Of a stretch of 64,000 bases of DNA, positions 1-13,400 are shown piece after piece. The DNA is from Carcharhinus amblyrhynchos (lineage: Eukaryota), in NCBI GenBank assembly GCA_965287045.1, contig OZ336883.1, positions 39,990,001-40,054,000 of the forward strand, in the 5' to 3' direction. The translations under genes and the position numbers were made by a program. How positions within the stretch are numbered: the stretch's first letter is position 1; the number at the start of each line of letters is the position of its first letter. Under the pieces are notes generated by a model. That model searched no databases. It saw only the letters and a list, made by a program, of their open reading frames with translations, and had not been told where the DNA came from.

Positions 1-189
1 CCTGTTCACACCGGTGGGATCGTCATGTCCCATTGATGGTGCACTCCCACAGTAGGTTTTTAGGCAGCGAGGGGCACCTTCAATGGGAAACCCGGTTAAC
101 AACAGCGGGGCCATAAGATCCCATCGCCAGCGAGGGGTATGCCGCCTCCTGCCACCAGCAAACATGCCATAGAGAGGGAGAAAATTCCC
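1..189. mobile_element. Harbinger-like MITE, truncated by window start
   Basis: GC-rich patch ending in GAAAATTCCC, the terminus shared by several MITEs here; similar to 3045-3205. Confidence 0.5.
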
Positions 190-271
190 ACCTGAGATGT
201 TTTCCTATTACATTGTTGAGTGAAAATTACATTTTCATTTCTATCACTTACATTAAACTGATGGGTTTATA

Positions 272-540
272 GCGGCACAGTGGTTAGCACTGCTACCTCA
301 CAGTGCTGGGACCCGGGTTTGATTCCCGGCTTGGGTCACTGTCTATGTGGAGTTTGCACGTTCTCCCTGTGTCTGCGTGGGTTTCCTCCAGGTGTTCTGG
401 TTTCTTCCCACATTCTGAAAGGCGTGCTGGTTAGGTGCATTGACCCGAACAGGCACCAGATTGTAGCGACTATGGGAATTTCACAGTAACTTCATTGCAG
501 TGTTAATGTAAGCCTTAATGTGACTAATAAGTAAACTGTA
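272..540 (+). mobile_element. HE1-like V-SINE, type-B tail
   Basis: tRNA-like head (GGCACAGTGGTTAGCACTGC...GGGTTTGATTCCC), V core (GTGGAGTTTGCACGTTCTCCC), tail TTCACAGTAACTTCATTGCAGTGTTAATG. Confidence 0.9.
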
Positions 541-607
541 CTTTAGGTTTCTAGACTGTCTAATCTTTCTTTTTAGATAAAGGAATCACAATAGCAGAGA
601 TCGACAA

Positions 608-712
608 CGTAAATATATGGGGTTATGGAAATAGGGCCAGGGTTGGATTGTGGTCAGTGTAGAATTGATGGGCTGAATGGCCTCCTTCTGCACTGTAGGG
701 ATTCTATTCTGT
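608..712 (+). mobile_element. HE1-like SINE 3' tail only (CR1-type tail)
   Basis: GATGGGCTGAATGGCCTCCTTCTGCACTGTAGGGATTCTA. Confidence 0.8.
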
Positions 713-1284
713 TATCTAATAATGTCATTTTTCAGTGTCTCATTTACATGCAGGTTTTCATCACTGTGTTTTATGGTACATGACACAGCTAATTTGAATG
801 CAAAGTACTAAAGAAACATAAGGTCATGGGACAAACATCAGATTACATAAAACAGAAGATATAACTTGAGGATAGAATGCCTCCCCACAGTGTCGCCCTA
901 TCTGACTGGAAGAAACACTTTCAAAGCTATATATCTGCTGACAGGATTTCAACCTCTCCCTGCAACAGTGGTTGATAGCAAGCAGCAGAGGCTAAAGCAT
1001 AATGAATTGGAGATTAAAACGTACAGTTAAATCCCCACTGGCCAAAGATCTTTAACAAATGGCAGCCAGTCTATGTGTCCTAAGCCTTCATTCTTGTGCT
1101 CTTCCTATTCCTAGCCTAAACGTTGTTCATTTTCATCGCCACTGTTTGCATCACCAATGTGAATCAGTCAGCTGAGACCAGAACACAGATCAAAGATTTT
1201 TTTTCACCCAAAGTTTGTCTAAGGCTAGAGGCATCAGGAATGCTCATCTAAAACAGACTCCTATTTTATACAAACATACGTACA

Positions 1285-1682
1285 ATCATACAAACTGGGA
1301 GCAGGAGTAGGCCATTTGACCCATTGAGCCTGCCCCAACATTCAATAAGATCATGGCTAATCTAACTGTGACCTCAACTTCACATTCCACCTGCTCCTGA
1401 TACCCTTTGGCTCCCTTATTGGTTAAGAATCTATCTACCCCTGTCTTAAAGCTATTCATTGACCCTGCCTGCACCTGGGGAAGAGATTGCCAAAGATTCA
1501 CAAGCCTCAGAGAGAAATAATAATTCTCATTTCCATCTTAAATGGGAGACGCTTCAGTTTTATCCCCTGGTTCTAGTCTTGACTGCAAGAGGAAACATCC
1601 TTTCAGCATCCACCCAGTCAAGTTCCCTCAGGATTTCATATGTTTTGCCCCTCATTCTTCGAAACTCTAATGGATACAGGCC
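1285..1682 (-). mobile_element. CR1 LINE 3' fragment
   Basis: Minus-strand NLWQSLPQ...FKTGVDRFLTNKGAKGY plus 3' UTR homologous to 5234-5340. Confidence 0.85.
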
Positions 1683-1794
1683 CAGAGTGCATAAACAAGG
1701 CAAAGTTCAGGAAACGCATTCAGAGAGTACTGTAGAAAACCAATTATTGTGTATGGCGGCTGTGAAATTAGCAAGCTTGGTTGTAGTAATGTGG

Positions 1795-2104
1795 AACATA
1801 GAACACATACAGTGTAGAAGGAGGCCATTCAGCCCATTGAGCCTGCACCAACAACAATCCTACCCAGGCCCTATCCTCGGAACCCCACATATTCACCCCT
1901 GACACTACGGGTCAATTTCGCATGGCCAATCAACCTAACCCACACATCTTTAGAGTGTGGGAGGAAACCGGAACACCCAGAGGAAATCCACACAGACACT
2001 GGGACAATGTGTAAACTCCACACAATCGACTGAGGCTGGAATTGAACTTGGGTTCCTGGCGCTGTGAGGTAGCAGGTCTAACTATGGTGCCACAGTGCAG
2101 CCCC
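1795..2104 (-). mobile_element. HE1-like V-SINE, CR1-type tail
   Basis: Full head-core-tail match to other copies. Confidence 0.9.
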
Positions 2105-2111
2105 TAAAAAT

Positions 2112-2240
2112 TCTAGATTAATTAATTGATTGAATTTTAGTTCCATCAACTGCCCTGTTGGGATTTGAACCCATGTGTCCACAGCATTAGCCCAGACCTC
2201 TGGATGACTAGTGTAGTAATATTACCACTATGCCACCATC
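2112..2240 (-). mobile_element. Second tRNA-derived SINE family, 5' part
   Basis: Reverse complement of the head at 7855 and 31161 (GGTGGCATAGTGGTAAT...GGGTTCAAATCCC). Confidence 0.7.
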
Positions 2241-2319
2241 TTCACAAAGAGATAGAATGCAAAGAGGCAGAGATGATGTTGCTATTGTACAAGGCATTGA
2301 TTAAATGTCATCCAGGCCA

Positions 2320-2737
2320 TCAAATCTGGTAGGCCCACCTGCAGATACCTCCTCCCCTACCCGCTGCTGCAGAGTCCCAGGGTCCGGGGTTGCTGGCAGC
2401 CTCCATCCTGAACTCCGGAGGCAGCTTCAGGCATTGTTCAAGTGAGTCCTGACATCTGCATGCCACGTTGTTCCAAATGTGTTTTGCACCAGTGTGTTTT
2501 CCTGCTGGCGCCATGGCGAGTCAGGCGTGGGTGGTTGGGCTTTCATCTGCATCCCATTAGCAAGACGCAAAGGAGTTTCATACCGGACTCCAGCAGGTTT
2601 CCCCATCCGCCATGATGGACACCAGAGGAAGATCCCATGATGAAGTTCACATCAGCGTAAAACCGATTTCTGGGCTTCCTGCTGAATGGTTCCCCTCTGC
2701 CCACCAACCCCACAGGAGCATGGGAAAATTCCCCCCA
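2320..2737. mobile_element. Harbinger-like element end
   Basis: GC-rich block ending GGGAAAATTCCCCCC. Confidence 0.45.
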
Positions 2738-3044
2738 AAGTGACAAAGGAAGGTTAAAGAACAGGACTGGATTTCATTGAAATAGAGGATTTGAACTAAC
2801 ACAGTTTTGGAAATTCTGAAGTGGCTGGGTAACATTAATGCATTAAAGTTGTGCAAGTTCAAGAACTGGACAGGGTAATCAAAAAGATTAGAAAATAATA
2901 TTAAGAATGGAAGTAGCAACAGATGTTGCTGGAGAAAAGTGAGATTTAGTATTATGATGAGAATGTGAAAAACTGGGATTGAGATCAACCAGAAAAAGAG
3001 GCTTGGGTGTTCTAAAGTCCTTTTCCTTTTCTAAAGGTCACGTA

Positions 3045-3205
3045 GGCCAGAATTTTCCTCTGTTGCTGTCGGTGAGATCTTCGGTGAGAACCCCCACCGC
3101 GAGTTTCCCAGCGAATGGGGGGGGCGTATACAATGCAAAACCACTTTGACAGCGGTAGGATCAGCGAGCCAGACAGCCCCTGCCATCGCGAAACATGCTG
3201 CAGGG
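3045..3205. mobile_element. Harbinger-like MITE fragment
   Basis: Starts GGCCAGAATTTTCC; internal similarity to 1-189. Confidence 0.5.
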
Positions 3206-3338
3206 ATCTCTGTTCACATTTATTTACCACAGAAAGGAGAATGGGAAACAAATGCACAGAACAATATTCCCTGTATTATTTGTGATTTACATGCAGAAAG
3301 CGAGAATATGTCTGAGAAATCACTCAGGTTTGAAAGAC

Positions 3339-3535
3339 AATCACAGAATCCTTACAGTGCAAAAGGAATCCATTCGGCCCATCGAGTTTGCACTGACTCT
3401 CTGACATAGCATATCATCCAGGCCCTATTCCCGTAACTCCACATATTTTACCCATTAACCCCCCCTAATCTACACATCTTGAGACACTAATGGGCAATGT
3501 ATCATGGTCAATCCACCTAACCTGCAATTCTCTGG
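3339..3535 (-). mobile_element. HE1-like SINE 3' half
   Basis: AGAATCCTTACAGTGCA...CCATTCGGCCCATCGAG...CAATCCACCTAACCTGCA. Confidence 0.8.
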
Positions 3536-5233
3536 ATCAAAAGATTTTCTCTGAAAGCAGCCCTGCCAAACTAATTTCTAATAAATTTCGACACATGTTT
3601 CTCCCTCCGTGACAAAGATACATTCTTATAAGAAAACTTATGAGGTAAACACTTCAAAATTATTTTCTAAAGAACCTATTAAAGCTTATCAATAAGTTAA
3701 TCCATTTATTGTTCAATAGGGAAAAGATCTTTTTGATGTCTCCCTTGCCTCCCCCCCTTTCCAAGCTTCTACTCATATATTCCTCCCTTCGATCGACCCT
3801 GATTTTTCTCCTGAATTTCCATGTGTAAGTCACCTGATGCTCCTTCAAGGCCTCACTGCCCTCAATTTGTGCAAGTGAGACCCATGTACAGGTTCTGACT
3901 TCTCCATCACAGTATATCCCACCCTCTCAGTTTACTGCCATTGCCTTCTTTCTAGAGATGTTGATGGCATCGACCATTAATTCCAGACTTTGATGCGGAC
4001 ATTGCTGAATAGAGAAGGGACTGAGGAGCATGGCATGCCAGTTTGGAGCTTTCTTTCAATAATACTCACTTCACAGTTGATGAAAGCAGGATTACTGGCT
4101 CAGCATGAAACCCCTGGAAACCGCGGTTGCAGAAATACCTTTGTTCATGCTTGTAAACAGCTAATTTAAGTCCGCTTAGATTGTTCCACAGATCAGCAAG
4201 TGAAAGTCCACCTTAATCAAGTCCCGAGTTCCTCCCAGAACATGCCCATCCCATCGGGAAAGAAAGCAGAACAAACCATCTGAGGGAAGGAGTTAGGAGA
4301 AATCATGCGCTTAAAATGACTCCCAGATAACCAGAAATATTTGCAGAGAATAACTTTGAGACCAGGCGGGGGAAGAAAGTTAAGGTTTGAGTTAAAATAT
4401 TGGTAAATACAAACTTGAATTATGTTAACTAAGCCTAGTAGAAATCTACTGATTGATGACAATTATTTCTTATTGCCTCTTCATGTCGAAATGCAAATCG
4501 ATGCCTGTGATTTTTAACTAAATATATTTCCTTCCAGTTTTGCTTGCAAGCAACGACACAGAACTAAGTGAGCCAATTAAACTCTTTACACCATCGATCC
4601 TGCCGAAACAGTCCATTGTGCTCTCAGGTAATATTATGGTGATGCTAGTACCGTAATACGTTGAATATGTTTCCTTTAAAATCCCATCATAAAACTCAAG
4701 AGTTTCAAATATATTTCTTCACTGGACACAGCTACTGTGTTTATCTGATCAATCTGCCCCCCTCCCCCCACAACTGCTACCAGCTGAGCCTAAATTGCAG
4801 AGTATTTGTCTTGGGATTCCACCTTTTTACTGCCTTTTTATAGTCCGTTGCATTAGGTACTTTTCAGAAGAATCTGAAATGAATCTTGGTTTTAATAAGC
4901 ACCTACAATCAAATAAGCACCACACCGAGGATGGCCGAGATTCCCCACTGGTTTAACTATAATCAATTAATGACACATCACAGGAAACAGTTGAAATCTA
5001 TGTTAGTTAAAGGCCTACTTGTAATTGATATTAACAGGCCAGAGTTTACGGAATTCCTCAGTTAATCTTCTTAGTTAGTGGTGGCCGCTTTCTTCCTTTT
5101 TTCTTTCAAACTGCCTTCTCTCTCCTCCTCTCCTGATGGCACTGACACCTTACAAAAGCACCGTTTATTTTTGAGTTTTGAGAGCAGTTATTGGAAGGCT
5201 CAATGCCAATTCAGTCTTCATCATTGCCCCTAC

Positions 5234-6467
5234 ATAAGAACATAAGAACATAAGAAATAGGAGCAGGAGTAGGCCATCTAGCCCTTCGAGCCTGCCCCGC
5301 CATTCAATAAGATCATGGCTGATCTGTCGTGGCTCAGTTCCACTTTCCCGCCCTCTCCCCATAACCCTTAATCCCCTCCTTTATCAAGAACCCATCAACC
5401 CGCTTCTTAAAAATATTTAGCGAGGCAGCCTCCACCACTTCAACGGGCAGAGAATTCCAGAGATTCACCACCCTTTGAGTGAAGAAGTTCCTCCTCAACT
5501 CCGTTCTAAACCGCCTCCCCTTTATCTTGAGGCTGTGCCCCCTAGTCCTACTGTCTTTTTTGAGCGGGAAGAGTCTCTCCACCTCTATCCTATCCATCCC
5601 ATTCATCATCTTATACGTCTCAATGAGATCTCCCCTCATTCTTCTAAACTCTAACGAGTACAAGCCTAGTTTATTCAGCCTCTCCTCATAGCTCAACCCC
5701 CTCAACTCCGGTATCAGCCTAGTAAACCTCCTCTGCACTCCCTCCAGGGCCAAAATATCCTTGCGCAGGTGCGGCGCCCAAAACTGCACACAGTACTCCA
5801 GCTGTGGCCTCACCAATGCCCTATACAGCTGCAGCAAGACCTCCCTACTTTTATATTCAATCCCCCTCGCTATGAAGGCCAGCATCCCATTCGCCTTCCT
5901 GACCACCTGCTGCACCTGCAAGCTGGGTTTTTGCGACTCATGCACAAGGACCCCGAGGTCCCTCTGCACCGTCGCCTGCTGCAGTTTTTCGCCACGTAAG
6001 TAATAGTCCTTCCTACCATTCTTCCTACCAAAGTGGACCACCTCACACTTGCCAACATTAAATTCCATTTGCCATTTCCTGGCCCATTCGCCCAGCCTAT
6101 CTAGATCCTTCTGCAGACTCTCCACACCCTCCGCACAATTTGCCTTTCCCCCAATCTTGGTGTCATCAGCAAATTTCGACACCCTGCACTCGGTTCCCTC
6201 CTCCAGATCATCTATATAAATGGTAAATAGCTGAGGCCCCAGCACCGACCCCTGGGGCACCCCACTAGTCACCAACCGCCAATCCGAATAGCACCCATTG
6301 ACCCCCACTCTCTGCCTCCTATTTGACAACCAATCCTCTATCCACGCTAACACCCTACCCCCAACTCCATGTCCCCTGACCTTCTGCAATAACCTCTTGT
6401 GAGGTGCCTTGTCAAACGCCTTCTGAAAATCCAGAAAGACCACATCCACCGGCTCTCCTCTATCCAC
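5234..6467 (-). mobile_element. Young 5'-truncated CR1 LINE with uninterrupted RT/C-terminal ORF2 fragment (5334-6467, 377 aa)
   Basis: LDFQKAFD, GVPQGSVLGP, FADD, DLGV and YCVQFWAP motifs; (TTCTTATG)n tail; no APE domain, so non-autonomous. Confidence 0.97.
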
Positions 6468-6487
6468 TGCATGAATGCTTGTGGCAC

Positions 6488-6663
6488 AGAATCATAGAAT
6501 TATTGAATCGCTACACTGTGGAGGGAGGCCATTCGGCCCATTGAGCCTGCACTGACCACAATCCCACCCAGGCCCTATCCTCATTTACTTACACCGCTAA
6601 TCCCCCCGGCACAAAGGGGCGATTTAGCCTGGCCAATCAACCTAACCCACACATCTTTGGAGT
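6488..6663 (-). mobile_element. HE1-like SINE 3' half
   Basis: AGAATCATAGAA tail; CCAATCAACCTAACCCACACATCTTTGG. Confidence 0.8.
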
Positions 6664-6724
6664 GGTTGGAAGTATTCAGAGGGGATTTTTCCCTCCTTAA
6701 CCAAGGGCGGTTGTCGCACCTTTA

Positions 6725-7225
6725 CAAAGAACAAAGAAAATTACAGCACAGGAACAGACCCTTTGGCCCTCCAAGCCTGCACCGATCATGCTGCCCAACT
6801 TAACTAAAATCCCCTACTCTTCTGGGGACCATATCCCTCTATTCCCATCTCATTCATGTACTTGTAAAGACGCCCTTAAAAGGCACTACCATTTCCACTT
6901 CCACTACCTCCCTTGGCAACGAGTTCCAGACACCCACCATTCTCTGTGTAAAAAATCTGCCTCGTACATCTCTTTTAAAATTTGCCCCTCGCACTTTAAA
7001 CCTATGCCCCCTGGTAATTGATTCTTCCACCCTGGGAAAAAGCTTCTGACTATCCACTCTGTCCATGCCTCTCATAATCTTGTAGATTTCTATCAGGTCT
7101 CCCCTCAACCTCCGTCATTCCAGTGAGAACAAACAAAGTTTCTCCAACCTCTCCTCATGGCCCTCCATACCAGGAAACATCCTGGTAAATCTTTTCTGTA
7201 CCCTCTCCAAAGCCTCTACATCCTT
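6725..7225 (-). mobile_element. CR1 LINE 3' fragment, second subfamily
   Basis: RGDLIEIYKIMRGMDRVD...TRGHRFK...WNSLP; (TTCTTTG)n-like tail. Confidence 0.9.
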
Positions 7226-7854
7226 TACCACACTGTTAGCCAAATGCAACAACTTTGGCACATTTTGGACAATATGGTTCAGCTACCCTCTGAGGAAACT
7301 GGTCTTATTAGTTGCTGCTTTTCATTTTTGTTACCTAGAATTCTGAAATCTGGTTACAGGATCAATTCTGTTGATGTAAAATTAGGTCCATTGGTTCATG
7401 GTAGTTGAGTAAGCCAAGTTGCATTATTGTTACAAGGAATTACTTGATTTACTTTCAAACTGTTAAAAATCTGGACTTTGGGGACAGTACTTCATGCTTC
7501 AGTCCATTTTTCACGAAAACCACAAAATCTGTTGCTTTGTTCACGGATAATTTGCTCAGAATCTGGTGATTTCTCTAGCCAGGTTCCTCCACTAGTAACT
7601 CACAATAAGTATAAACCCTAAAGGAGTTATACAGAGGGAATTCTTTGAGCTGTTTTGTGAAATCCCATGTTTTAAACAGTTTGCGAATCAAAAACCAACA
7701 GCAGGAATATGGCCAACAGTATGTCAACTTGTAATATTAAGCAAGCCATGGAGGTATGAGAACAAAGAACAATATACCACAGGAAACAGGCCCTTCGGCC
7801 CTCCAAGTCTGCGCCACTCATTGGTCCAACTAGACCAATATTGCTGGGAAGTTG

Positions 7855-8510
7855 GTGGCATATTGGTATTATCACTGGATTAATAGTCCAGAGGCCCAGT
7901 GCAAGATCTAGGGACCTGGATTCAAATCCCACCATGGCAGATGATGAAATTTGAACTCAAAATATATCTGGAATTAAGAATTTACTGATAGCCATGAAAA
8001 CATTGTTGATTGTTTAAAAAAAAATCTGATTCACTAATGTCCTTTAGAAAAGGAAATCTGCCATCCTTATCTGGTCTGGCCTACATGTGACTCCAGATCC
8101 ACAACAGTGCAGTTGATTCATAGAATCATAAGATCCTACAGTGCAGAAGAAGGCCATTCGGCCCATCGAGTCTGCACCTGCCACAATCCCACCCAGGTCA
8201 TAGCCCCATAACCACATGCATTTACTCTAGCATGTTTCCCTAACACTAAGGGGCAATTTAGCATGGCCAATCCACCTAACCCACACATCTTTGCACTGTG
8301 GGAGGAAACCCATGCAGATATGGGGAGATTGTGCAAACTCCACAGTGACCCAAGCCAGGAATCAAACCCGGATCCCTGGCGCTCTAAGGCAGCAGTACTA
8401 ACCACTGTGCCACCCCTCGCAAATACCCTCTGAAATGGAGGGCAGTTAGGGATGGGCAATAAATGCTGGCCCAGCTAGCGACACTCACATCCTGTAAATG
8501 AATATAATAA
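7855..8510 (+). mobile_element. Second tRNA-derived SINE family, split by an HE1 insertion
   Basis: Head, core CACTAATGTCCTTTAG...GGAAATCTGCC, tail GGGCAATAAATGCTGGCCCAGC; homologous to 23085 and 31161. Confidence 0.8.
8118..8416 (-). mobile_element. HE1-like V-SINE, CR1-type tail
   Basis: Head, core and tail present; nested in the SINE above. Confidence 0.9.
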
Positions 8511-10047
8511 ATGATTCTTTCAGGAGCTTCTGTTAACTTCAACATCTTAATAATTTAAATAGTTTTCCATTTGTCACACAGTTCTTTTGCAAGTTGTCCT
8601 GAAGGACAGATTACAGTGCCTTTAAAATGGGCCAAACAGATCAATAGAGGTGTTGTCTCTAAATTGATTAAGATGTTTTAATTATTTTATCAATAACAGG
8701 TTTCTTATGTAAAATCTTTTACAATCCATTATCCAGATTTCCACAAGACCATCTCAATTTAACATATTGCAAATTCTTTGCGCTGTACCAGTAAGTGCCA
8801 CGATGTCTGCTATTTCTTTGCTTTAAGTGCTGATAGTGGCATTATTAGCAAAGCTCAAAAGAAGCAGAAAACTGGCATGGTTAATTCAGGCTAATTAGTA
8901 TGGTGGGAGCTGAGCCTTGTACTTCAGAGGTTCCCATGCCCTTGCATGCCTCTACCTGATTGCCTTGTCCAAAAGCAAACCCAGGAGGCACTTCCAATTA
9001 TATCATAACCTCTCAAAACACCAAGCCACTCAAGGCTAATTTTATCCTATTAAACATACTGAAGGATTCAGGGGAAAAAATATCCCTTCGTGCACCAATT
9101 AGCAGTTGCTTCAGTGAACATCTCCACAATCCTTTGTTACAGTACTCTTCCGTTGTCCTTTCCTTTTTATACCAGAGTTAGATTAAATACAACAGAACCT
9201 TGACTGCCTTTTTGACAACCTGCCTGTTTGAGTTTTGACTTAACTCTCTTGCCAGATAATTCTCTATTTTGTTTCTTCTCTCTTGCTCCCCTGCCCCATC
9301 CCCCAGTTCATGCAGATTAAGAAGAGAAAAAATGAAAAACTCCGCAGCAGTTTCACACAATTACTCTCTTTTTGGGGATGTCAGCATGCCCATTGTCCAT
9401 CAGACAATTGGTTTTATGCAAAAAGAGTTGACATCTAAACAAGAAGCTCCTATCTCTGTTTGGGCCAATTTTCTTAATGATTTTGCAGGGCTTAATCTGT
9501 TAGCGTCAATGTTTAGTTCCATTAGCAGCTAAAGTCTCAGAGTCCACAACTCATTGGCCTGAGAGTAAACAAAGAATTTGGGGCAGGGGCGAGAAACAAT
9601 AGCTAAGCTGCTGAAACAATTTTGTCATCAGATGCCGAGAGTTTACGTGCTGATGATTTTCCTCCCACTACTACTTTAATTCTGTTTAAGATAACAACCC
9701 CCCAGTGTAACATTATAAGACTAGCTTATCTGTTTTCCCACCCCTCTGACCAATCCTAATGGCAAGGTAGGTGTAAACCCAGGACAGTGAAATGAGTGGC
9801 AGCCAGCAGTAATCAGTTTCTATCAATGATTTCAAATGGGTCTAAAAGTCCCGGAATGGCAGTAAAAAGTTACATTTGTAAAACTCCTACATAACAGAAT
9901 TGCTTCTCCCCCTTAAAGCCTTCCTCATGACCACTCATATTAGATTTAAATGATAATTGATTTGTTTAATTAAAACTATGTAACAAATCCTTCCTTTGTC
10001 GCACCTACTTGTTTTTGGGCCTCAGTAGCAATTGCAAGACTTTATCA

Positions 10048-10323
10048 TGGTGGCACAGTGGTTAGCACTGCTGCCTCATAGCGCCAGGGACCCAGGTTCG
10101 ATTCCCAGCTTGGGTCACTGTCTATCTGGAGTTTGCACGTTCTCCCTGTGTCTGTGTGGGTTTCCTCCGGTTGCTCTGGTTTGCTCCCACAGTCCAAAAG
10201 ATGTGCTGTTTAGGTGCATTGGCCGTGCTAAATTCTCCTTCAGTGCACCCAAACAAAGTGTGGAGACCAGCTTCATTGCAGCGTTAATGTAAGCCTACTT
10301 GTGACACTAATAAATAAACTTCA
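10048..10323 (+). mobile_element. HE1-like V-SINE, type-B tail
   Basis: Head and core; ends CTTGTGACACTAATAAATAAAC. Confidence 0.9.
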
Positions 10324-10558
10324 AACGTATCGCTTTATAACCCCGACTCAAATCACTAATCTTTTATTTTTCTCTTCAATGGCATTCACATACTTAAAAA
10401 TATTATTTGTATCAAGCAAAACCAATCATGTTCAGTCATAGTTTAAATTGCTTTGTGTAGTTTTGAACTAATTTTTCATACTAGAATGATTTTGATAACT
10501 TCTTAATCTCCTTGCAATTGTTATTTTTATATTTACATTATAGATAATCAGTCTAGCA

Positions 10559-10622
10559 AGCAACAATTGAGTGAATATATTAATCTATCCAGCAACAATT
10601 GAGTGAGTATATTAATCTATCC
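10559..10622. repeat. 32-bp tandem duplication
   Basis: AGCAACAATTGAGTGA(A/G)TATATTAATCTATCC x2, one mismatch. Confidence 0.95.
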
Positions 10623-11554
10623 TGTTTTGGACTGTATAGCATCATAATGAACTATCTGAATATTCTTTGCAGCTTTCAAATCATGCAAATATTTTCAGTA
10701 CATTTCCAAAACTGGATATTATCCAACAGAATTGGAGATGGCCACACACACACACAATAGTTATACAACAGCTTCTGCTCTGATGCAGCACAATTATACA
10801 TTATATAAGCATAAAAATACATCAATACAGGGTGAAGCCCTCAAATTTACTTAGCATTACATTTGGCAAATGTTGTGAGACCAGTTTCGAAGAACCAACT
10901 CAAACTAATTTGGCTTTGGACTGAATACAGTAGCTGGTGCAAACAGGCATTGTAAATTCTAACTCGGTGCTGTTATCTCTACGTTCTTCTGGAGGAGAAC
11001 CTTGTCTCCAGCTGGAACTTGCATTTTAACAGTGACAATAATTGTAATTTCCTGGCTAGAGACCAACCCCTCTAAGACATTTGGTTTGGGAGTTTTTTTT
11101 AAAAAAATCAACAGTCTTGTATATAGCTGCCTTCAAGTTTCTTTATTTCAGATTTTGATGCAGCACTTTGTGCACATCCAGCAAAGGTAAAACGGTAATC
11201 TGTTTTTAATTGCTAACATTTGTTTAAGGTCCCCCTCTTGTGCTGTTAGATTTGAAATGGGGAGCAGAGATTGAGTCGAGTCCAGCTTTGCTCTCCTGCT
11301 GGTTAACTTGTCTCATTTCTGGTGCAGACTTGTCACCAATAATAAAAGAAAAGGTGGTCATCACACCGTCCTGAACTTCTTTCACCAGCTCAGTGAGCAC
11401 TGAACAGTGCTATAGCTCGATTGCTGACTTTTTCTTAAAAATCTATTGAAAATACCTGTCAGCCCATGAGGATGCAGAGTAGCTACTGATATTTCCAAGT
11501 TTAAATGTTCAATTATCAGTCAAACAAGCTAAAGCCAAAATATTCAAAGCTCAG

Positions 11555-11971
11555 AACAGTCTGAAGTCAGAACAGTTTCCCAGAACACCAGGGAGAGACT
11601 AGTCAAACCACCAAAAAGCAGATTTTCTATTCCAGGGAGGCTTTCAGCTAACCAGCAGAATTTCCCAAAACCAAGGAGAGAGAGAGAGAGACACCTCTTT
11701 CCAGCTTGATATCCCTTCTAAAAATGAAAACCTGCAGCTCAGAACTGAAAATGAAGGAGCTCCTGTCATCTGACCTGCAAACATTCTTCCTCCTGACAAT
11801 GTAGGGTCATAAAACTAATTCCCAAAGTAAAAATAAACAACCCCCACTTAAGCCACTAAAGGTGCAATAAAAGGACTCCTTGTAGGCAGCTCGGCAACAA
11901 TGACATCAGCTAAGATGTGTGCTACAGAGAACATGATGTGAAGAAAACTCTTAAAGGTAACTAACATCACA
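11555..11971 (-). repeat. 3' LTR, distal part missing
   Basis: Aligns colinearly with 17917-19329 once the MITE is removed. Confidence 0.9.
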
Positions 11972-12159
11972 GCCCACCCCGAAGAAAAAAAAGAACCATC
12001 AACATTCACAATTGGTTTCATTTTTCAATCCTTGTCAGTTTCACACTACTAGTACATAACAATAAATATACATAAATTTTACAAAATCAAAATATGTAAA
12101 CATAACAGTGATCTAATCCACTTCAGTTCTTTTCTTCCAGCATCAAACACTCCTTTTCT

Positions 12160-13400
12160 CAACACATTTGTGACAAAGCATCAGCAATTGCATTCTCCCT
12201 TCCTGCCACGTATATAATCTCTAAATTAAATGGCTGCCATAATAGACTCTATAAAAACAGTCTGGCATTTTTAGTCTTAAATTTCTCTAAAAATGTCAAC
12301 AGATTATGATCAGTATACACAATTTTCTCAGACAAATTACTGATGACATAAATGTTAAAATGTTGCAACGTCAGCACCAAACTCAAGGTCTCCTTTTCAA
12401 TCGTTGAATATTTCTTCTAGTGATCATTCAATTTTTTGGAAAAATACCCAATAGGCTATTCTAGTCCTTCGTTGTCTTTTTGTAAAAGCATGGTACCTCG
12501 AATAGTTTTGTGTAATTTGGTGTGGACAACACAAGAGCAGTGATTAGCATAGCCTTCAGGCCATCAAATGCCTGTTGACTCTCCACCATCCACTAAAATT
12601 TGCCAAGCTTCTTTAGCAAGTCAGTCAGTGGAACAACCATTAACTAAAATTCAGCACAAATTTACGGTAAAAACCACTCAGGTCCAGATATCTCATTACT
12701 TCCCTTCTTGTTTACAGAACTCCCCAATAACTTTTGTTTTTACAAACTGTGGGGATATCTGCCCATGTCCAATTGTATGGCCAAGGGACATGACTTGTGT
12801 TTTTCCAAACTCACACTTAGCCAAGTTTACCACTAAGCCTGCCTCCTGCAGTTGATCGAATAATTCCACCAGATGCTTCAAATGTTCTTCCCATGCCTGA
12901 GTAAAAATCATCAAATCATCGATGTACATTGCACAATTGGGTAATCCTGAAGTGACCTTGTTGATTAGCTGTTGAAATTTGACTGGGGCATTTTTCATTC
13001 CAAATGACACAACTTTGAACTGGTATAAACCATTTGATGTCACAAAAACTGAAATCTCCTTCACCCTTTCGGGTAAAGGTACCTTTCAGTAACCTTTCAG
13101 TAAATCCGGTTTGGAGATAAAAGTTGATTGTTCCACTTTCTCGATGCAGTCCTCCAATCATGGAATAGAATAAGAGTCTGATTTTGTAACCGCATTAACT
13201 TTCTTCTAGTCCACATACAATCATTGGGTACCATCCAGTTTTGGTACCATCATTATGGATAAGCTCCACTCACTTCAATTATGTTATTTTCAAGCATATT
13301 TTCAATCTTCTTTTGAATCTGTGCCAATTTTAAAGGGTTAAGTATATAAGGATGTTGTTTAATTGGAACAGCATTTCCCACATTTACATTATGTATAATC
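12160..13400 (-). pseudogene. Gypsy RT-RNase H remnant
   Basis: PIKQHPY, DSYSIP, FGMKNAP, YIDD, VNLAKCEF, YSTIEKETL and ENAIADALS, with stops and frameshifts. Confidence 0.92.

Noticed and set aside
272-335. tRNA genes at SINE heads
   Set aside because: A/B-box heads run directly into V-SINE bodies; no complete cloverleaf
5334-6467. Autonomous or domesticated reverse transcriptase gene
   Set aside because: 5'-truncated inside RT, with no endonuclease or promoter; the open frame reflects recent insertion
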